A stretch of 64,000 nt of DNA from Octopus vulgaris. Taxonomy: Eukaryota. Positions 57,392-64,000 of this stretch are shown piece by piece. The first letter of the stretch is position 1. The number at the start of each line of letters is the position of its first letter. The translations under genes were made by a program, and so were the position numbers. The DNA lies in the NCBI GenBank assembly GCA_951406725.2, contig OX597822.1, positions 1,674,001 to 1,738,000 of the forward strand. The letters are read 5' to 3'. The notes below the pieces were generated by a model. It made no database searches. It was not told where the DNA came from and worked only from the letters and a program-made list of their open reading frames with translations.

Positions 57392-59843
57392 CCCTTGGTC
57401 TACCCGAGAAAATATGTGTCACTAATTACTAAACTGGGTCAAATGGACCCAATATATTTCTTCTAATTAAATTTTATTCAAACTACCACTAATTCTTAGC
57501 TAGATTATATATGCTATCAAGTGAATGAAAAATGAGTTTCTCGCAAATTTTAATTAAAATAATAGAGCTTACAAAATACATCATAAGTTTTAAAAATTAC
57601 AAAAATATAGAATTACAGCTCTTCATGGCATTGAATGCAGACAACATTGGAATGTTCCTGGCAAACATGGATATTATAATTCTTACATGTAGTACGAGTT
57701 TTCCTCTCTTTTTTGGGGGTCACACAACGAACATCTTCCCTTTTTCTTTGGCTGAGGAATCTCAAATGAAGTGAAAATCGTCTTCTTTCCTTGTTTGGTT
57801 GAGAAAAGTTAAGAGAACCAGAAGACTGTTTGTCATGTTCTTGTTTAGCATCGACTCCAGCAAGTTCCTTTCCTAACTGAATTAAGCACTGTCTTCTTTA
57901 ATCCTCGAAACTTTGCAAATGAAGTTGTTTTGCAACAATGAAAGCATTCACTGCACTTATATCAATCATGTTGTAGAATATAACCACAGGCCATCTTCGA
58001 GTCATTCTTTTGCAAGTGTACGTGCTTACCATCTTGTCCAGGGTATTTACTCCTCCTTTTGTTTTGTTGTAACATGTAATAACTTCAAGTCTCTTTTCAG
58101 AACGTTTCGAATCAATTGAAGACTGAGAGTGCATTGTACTCATAAGTGTGACAACATAATTTTTCTTGGTACAGTAAGATAGGAGCATAGAATACTTTTG
58201 AAATCCAAATATTGTTCTGTTGATTTCTCTTTCTTTTCCATTTGTGAAAGCACTTGGACGTTCAACTCTGTTATTTTTTATTGTTCCAAGTAAAGTAGTT
58301 TTCTTGCTAAAACAGCTTTCGAGTCAATCCTAGACTTCTAAAAAAAAACTATCACAAGTTATATTTCGATCAGTATTTTCATGATCCTTTACTAGGTTTT
58401 CAACAACTCTTAAACCTTGATTTGTCTCTCTCCCTTTTACAAGGTCTTTTCCAGTGTAGATTTGCATTTTCCAGGCATAAGATGTTTTACTGTCGCATAT
58501 TGCCGAAATCTTAATTCCATATTTCTTTGATTTTGAAGGAATATACACCCGGAATGGGCAGCGCCCTCTGAATGAAACTAACTGTTCATCATCTGTCATG
58601 CATAACCTTGGAACGTATCCATATTGCAAATTCTGATTCCACATTTCAAATACTTCTCTTATGGACTCCAATTTATCCTCATTTCTCTTTTTTCTTCTTG
58701 CACTAGCATCATCAAAACGCAATACTTGTAAAATCTGTTGAAATCTTCCCCGGATCACAGTTTTATTGAAAATTGGGCGGTCATCCTCTTTACTCCATAA
58801 CTGTGTGACATTTTCATGTTTAGATTTATAAACACCGATAAGAATAATCAGTCCAATAAATTTCTTTAGTTCAGAGTGATCAATTTCCTAAACAACCTGC
58901 CCTTCAAGATTTGTCCATTTGCGAATTACTTCAAGAAGATTCTGGCGCATAAAGATAGTAAAGCATGCTTCAATGCTATCACAAGACTTTTTAGCAGAAC
59001 GGGATGGCCGACATTCCTGGCGTACAATATTGCAAGATGAAGTTCTTGCTGCTGCTTGAGTAAGAGGATTAGAATGCCAAACTTCTTGTTTGTCTCTAGA
59101 AATATATTGCTCGTTCATAATTGGATGGCTTGCAGATAATTGTTTTTGAGTATCTTTCCAGCACACAATCACTTTCACCATCATCTTCAGAGCAATAAAA
59201 GGAATCACTAGTACGTTCTTCCCATTCTTCATCTAATTCCAAAAACCTTTTCGATATTTGCTCTTCACTCAACTTTTCACATCCAGACATATGGGAAAGC
59301 ACAACTGAACGATATGAATCTTGATGGCAGACTAAAGCCAGATATTGCTCTCTCACATATTTATACTTTTTTGTAAGATGATGAATATTGTAAGAATTGC
59401 CTCTTCAAATAGAAATATTGCATCATCCCCTAACCTAGCAGATTGAAGTTGATGCAATACCACACAAATTTACAGGAATATTTTCATAATTTTTTCTATT
59501 TTATCTAAAGTCCAGCAAATAAATTGAATACAATTTTATCTATTTTATATCTGATAAATATCAAAGAAAAGGATATTTGCTACTGCTTTTATTCTATTTA
59601 GAATGACACCAGTATTGTCTGAATTTAATTCGAGGGTACAATGGACCCTTATGGTAATTAATGTATAAAGTGAAATTTCCTAGCTTTTATAAACATACGG
59701 AAAATTTCCCATTTGACAAATAAAAGAGAGTCAAGAAAAAATAAGAGTCACAAGAAATCAACAGAATCAAATAATATAAACAGTAGGAAAAAGCAACTGA
59801 AAAAACTGAAATGGGTCCATCGGACCCATTCGTAGACAGAAGG
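57392..59843 (-). mobile_element. Full-length but frameshifted piggyBac transposon (about 2.45 kb)
   Basis: TTAA at 57388-57391 and 59844-59847; TIRs cccttggtctac / gtagacagaagg; subterminal GGGT..A..GGACCC palindromes at 57436, 59634 and 59813; DEQLVSFRGRCPFRVYIPSK..KYGIKI, RNITCDSFF, YNKTKGGV, RRWP and a Cys-rich C-terminus. Confidence 0.93.
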
Positions 59844-59960
59844 TTAATATGTAAAATTGGTATGTTGAATAATGTTACACCGCCATATTTAGTGGTTAGT
59901 TAGGCAAGATGATTAGTGGGTTGGATGGGTGCAGGTGAAAGAACAAAAACTCTTGAAATA

Positions 59961-60200
59961 TCATTTTATTGACCTTGAAATGTGAAAGGCAAAGTCGACC
60001 TCGACAGAATTTGAAGTCAGAAAGTAAAGTCGAACGAAATAACGCTAAGCATTTTGTTATTAAACATAACATAACGAAATCTTCTGTCCCTACAAGTCAT
60101 TAGTATCCACGTATCAGCTTCCAGGAATGTGTTTAATCCTTGGTCTACCCGAGAAAATATGTGTCACTAATTACTAAACTGGGTCAAATGGACCCAATAT
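59961..60200 (+). repeat. 240 bp direct copy of 57216-57455 (host flank plus piggyBac terminus)
   Basis: Near-identical by direct comparison. Confidence 0.92.
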
Positions 60201-60559
60201 TCCCATTATCGTTTCTATCTTCCATTTCAATATCGTTTACATTAGGCGCGTCTCGGATATGAAAGGTCATAACAAAACCAACGCTGGCTACAATCTCTAT
60301 AGAAAATCTGTTGAAATAACTTTAACAAGTGACGCAATAGTACTGCTAGCACAATAGAACGCAGTGTTGACTTATAAAAACGTTTAATATACTTTGTAAT
60401 ATATTACAGTTCCATAACGAAATACCTTACAGGTGATTCAAATTAGTTTAATACAAAATTAGTAGCAATAACTTCAACTCGAGCAAATGATTTCTGTGCC
60501 ATTAGAGGCGAAAATTGCAGGTGCGTTAGAAGAGTTAAGTTATTTAGTTCAGATCAGGT

Positions 60560-61200
60560 CCCTTCATTTAGACTATGCTTGTCACTCTTACCCAATTTTC
60601 AACATTCAGCAATTGCCTCTCCATACTCGATTCCCCTTTCAACTATAACTTCTAAAGTTGATGTGGGATTAGCCAATGACAAAAGTGCTTCGTTCCCCAT
60701 ACCCTCTTTTCATCTGGGATCGGCACAATCTTCACGGTGGATTCAGCTCTTTGAGGGACCTATCCTATACGTGATTGTAGGCATTGAACATGACTGCACT
60801 CGTCAGCAATGCTCAGATACTGCATTAGTGTGTATTAACAGAGTTTCGTTACTCTGTGCGTATCTTGAGAAGGTGGCCCGGTTGACGATACTTCCGCGTC
60901 TGTAGAGTATATGTGAAACCGTCAATTTCCTTGATATCACTACTCTATGAAGTTTTTTATGCAGAAGCAGGCTAACCAATTGATTTCCATCGATGCTCAC
61001 AATTTCCCCTTTGGACCGCGTGGCTTTCTATAGAAAGCCAGTGTGAAGCATCGACTGGGAAACTTATCTCCACTATTCTGCACAGTTTCTGTCTAGTCGC
61101 ATATCATTATGTTTGGTCCATCATGTAATGTTTTGACGTGAATATAGTTCCAGTATTCTTTCATATTATATCACTGTAACTATTTTTAGTTTTATCACAA
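60560..61200 (-). pseudogene. Possible heavily decayed RTE RT region
   Basis: ILYRRGSIVN...LL segment resembling the I.YR.DG.L.N motif; weak. Confidence 0.3.
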
Positions 61201-61315
61201 GAAATATCCATTCCGCAGGTGGAAAAGTGTACTGTTTAGCTACGATATCATGGTGACAATTGCAGATGACAGCTTTTGCATATGAGGGAACACCGGTGTA
61301 AACCTTACCGATATT

Positions 61316-61672
61316 GCACCTTTTAGTCGAGCAAATCGACCCCAGGACTTATTCTTTGTAAGCCTAGTACTTATTCTATCGGACTCTTTTGCCGAACCGC
61401 TATGTAACGGGGATGTAAACACACCAGCATCGGTTGTCAAGCGATGTTGGTGGGACAAACACAGACACACAAACACATATACATACATATATATATATAT
61501 ACATATATACGACCGGCTTCTTTCAGTTTCCGCCTACCAAATCCACTCACAAGGCTTTGGTCGGCCCAAGGCTATAGTAGAAGACACTTGCCCAAGGTGC
61601 CACGCAGTGGGACTGAATCCGGAACCATGTGGTTGGTAAGCAAGCTACTTACCACACAGCCACTCCTACGCC
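61316..61672 (-). mobile_element. SINE (family of 53173), 3' end clipped
   Basis: Reverse complement of 53173-53590. Confidence 0.9.
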
Positions 61673-62199
61673 GTATGTTGTCTGCCAAGTAGTCATGGTT
61701 CTTCACACGAAATCATCTACGACAAGCTTCGCTTCAGTAAAGTCTATGCAAGATGGATTACCAAGAGGCACAAGCGCAATGGTGTGGGGATCTGTCAACG
61801 CTTATTCGACCGCTGCAATGATGAATGCGAAGCACACTCGTAAGAAAGGAGACTTGGATCCATCTCTTTGAGCTAGAATCCAAAAGGCAGAGAATGGAGT
61901 AAAAACACCTAGACTCGCTGGCGAGAAAGAAGTCGAGGACTCAATTTTCTACTGAAAAAGTGATATTTTTGTGAGGCAAAATCCCTCACCAAGTGTAGAG
62001 GCCTATTATCAAATTAAGTGTTATTGTTTCACGATAATACACTTCCAATACGGCCGCCGACATCACTGAAAGCATTTAAAAATGGCATTTCAAGTTACTA
62101 GAACACTACAAATCAAAAGTCGTAGATACATTTGTCGACCTTGGTAGCACACTATCAAGATTTAATAAATTTAACTATGAGATCCATTACAGACCTTCT

Positions 62200-62395
62200 A
62201 AGACCAGTAATACCATTGAAAGGCGTGAATCAAGACTCTGGTCGCCAACAGACATCAAAGCAACAACGAAACAAGTTAGATTGCTTGGACATCTCGTCGG
62301 TTTAAATGAGGTCCGTATGCCAAAATAGGTGCTGTAACGTGGGCTGGGGCAAGGAAAATATCTGCATTGCAAGCCCCGAAAATGTTTCACAGTAT
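62200..62395 (+). pseudogene. Decayed RTE ORF2 C-terminal fragment
   Basis: QVRLLGHLVGLNEVRMPK*VL*..L.QGK....KPRK.F resembles LRWLGHV.RM...R.PK..L..EL..G. Confidence 0.55.
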
Positions 62396-62699
62396 GTGGA
62401 TCGCCCAGTTGATTCATTCGGCATTGTAGGTCGCAACATCGAGCGGGTGATGCTGTTGCTGAAAGACCGACCGGTTGTCGCTGTTCCCACCTACTTGTAG
62501 GTCCTACTCAGGCCTTGGGACCCATATGAGACGTCATCAGCAATAAAGAGGCCAAACGTAAAATGTTTCTCAGAATGAAATGAATGAAGAAGTAGATACG
62601 AGCCAACTTCCACCATATATATATATATATGCATGATCACATGTATGCTTGTGTAAACATAATGTACAAATACACACACACATGCATACACATATGTAT

Positions 62700-62745
<46 letters not shown>

Positions 62746-64000
62746 ACATGTATATATATATAGCTGTGTGTAGTTGCGTAAATACATTTGTAGGCTGTTT
62801 TGAGTGTAGGTGTTAGTCTTGTAGCTTGGCACTTTCCATACATAAATTATATTATAAATGATTATTTTGTTATATATGGAAACCGCAAGTTCTGTATTGT
62901 CCCTTGAGTAGGCATTGCAATCCTGTGGGACTTTATCGATGGCCAGTTTAAAATCGATGCTACTGAAACATAACTAGAACTCTACACTATAGATGATGCT
63001 AGAACCACGAAATTATTACTTTTGTAAAATAAATATTGTTATTCGACTCTGGTTGTCGTATCCAAAATGTTTGATGAAGCACTTTGACTTCTTAGATGAC
63101 TTCACCATACTAATAAAATATATCATCGTTCTAAATTCATGCTTTAACTGCTGGCAAAATTCCATTAATTGTAGTAGATGACTTAATAATCTCCATAGTG
63201 TTTGGTAATTCTCCTCTTCTGAAAAACCTTCGTTCTTGAATATGTTATATCAGCACAAATTTCTTACATGCTACTGCAGTTAATCTTCGATGTTTTAAGT
63301 TGAGAGTATGAAAAGAAAGTTATTTGCTGACGTATGAAGAAGAAGCCATTTCTAGTGAGAAGTGTCAGTTGTCAAAACCAAGCTAATACAATCCAAAACT
63401 CAGTGACGTTTGGTGAGTTACCACACAACTTGAGATTTTTAAATACTCGAGTACACGAGCCGGAAATAATAAGATACTTCCTTCTAGATTGAATTTATTG
63501 TAACTGGAACCACTTATGAAACAAAGGCACCAAAATGGAATCAGACATTTAAAGTGGTCTGTCATATCAAACTGAAAACAACACCAGAAAAAAGTGAGAT
63601 ATTTTGTAAGATAATATTAATGTGGCTACAACGCACCCTTCATGTATAGAGCTAGAAGAGGAAAAATATTATTCAAAATCTAATATAAAAAAGAGAAAAG
63701 TAGAGAAGATAAGCATATCCATCTTCGTCTCTATAGGAAGTAACTTACATCCTCAAGTATGCAGTAAGAGAGTAGACTCATGCGGTTGAATCAACTCTCA
63801 ATAAATTGGTTTCAGATTCATTGGACATGTCATGCAGTTATTGGTAAATCTACGAAAAACGCCAAACTAGTAGAATCGTTAATGGCTTGTTGTGCAGGTC
63901 TTTCCGAACAGGAATGAAACCCCCTGTGAGACATTTACTAGAGACAATGTCCATCCAACACAACACCCCCCGCCAAGAAAATAGCTGTTATCGTCAGTAG

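Noticed and set aside
63000-64000. Possible decayed LINE RT on the minus strand (AFFVDL-like motif)
   Set aside because: Too degenerate to assign and cut by the window edge

Overview
AT-rich, microsatellite-dense eukaryotic intergenic or intronic DNA. The SINE repertoire suggests a coleoid cephalopod (Octopus); this is an inference. I found no host protein-coding exon I can support, and most ORFs in the track are translated (TA)n/(CA)n/(TCTA)n. The window is a transposon graveyard. It holds several tRNA-derived SINE families, LINE fragments (CR1, Tx1/L1, RTE, R4/Dong-type), Penelope-like relics, a solo LTR, a full-length mariner, a DD37D (maT) element, a full-length piggyBac and several MITEs/foldbacks. 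The most striking signal is a set of short non-coding elements, mostly embedded in (TA)n tracts, that carry minimal type I hammerhead ribozyme motifs. Five have canonical cores (3609, 14461, 21619, 28585, 39726) and more are variants or half-motifs. Several are arranged as foldback inverted pairs, and one ends in (TTAGGG)3. They look like Penelope pseudo-LTR or retrozyme-like non-autonomous elements. Three templated local rearrangements are also visible. All coordinates and alignments were read by eye.
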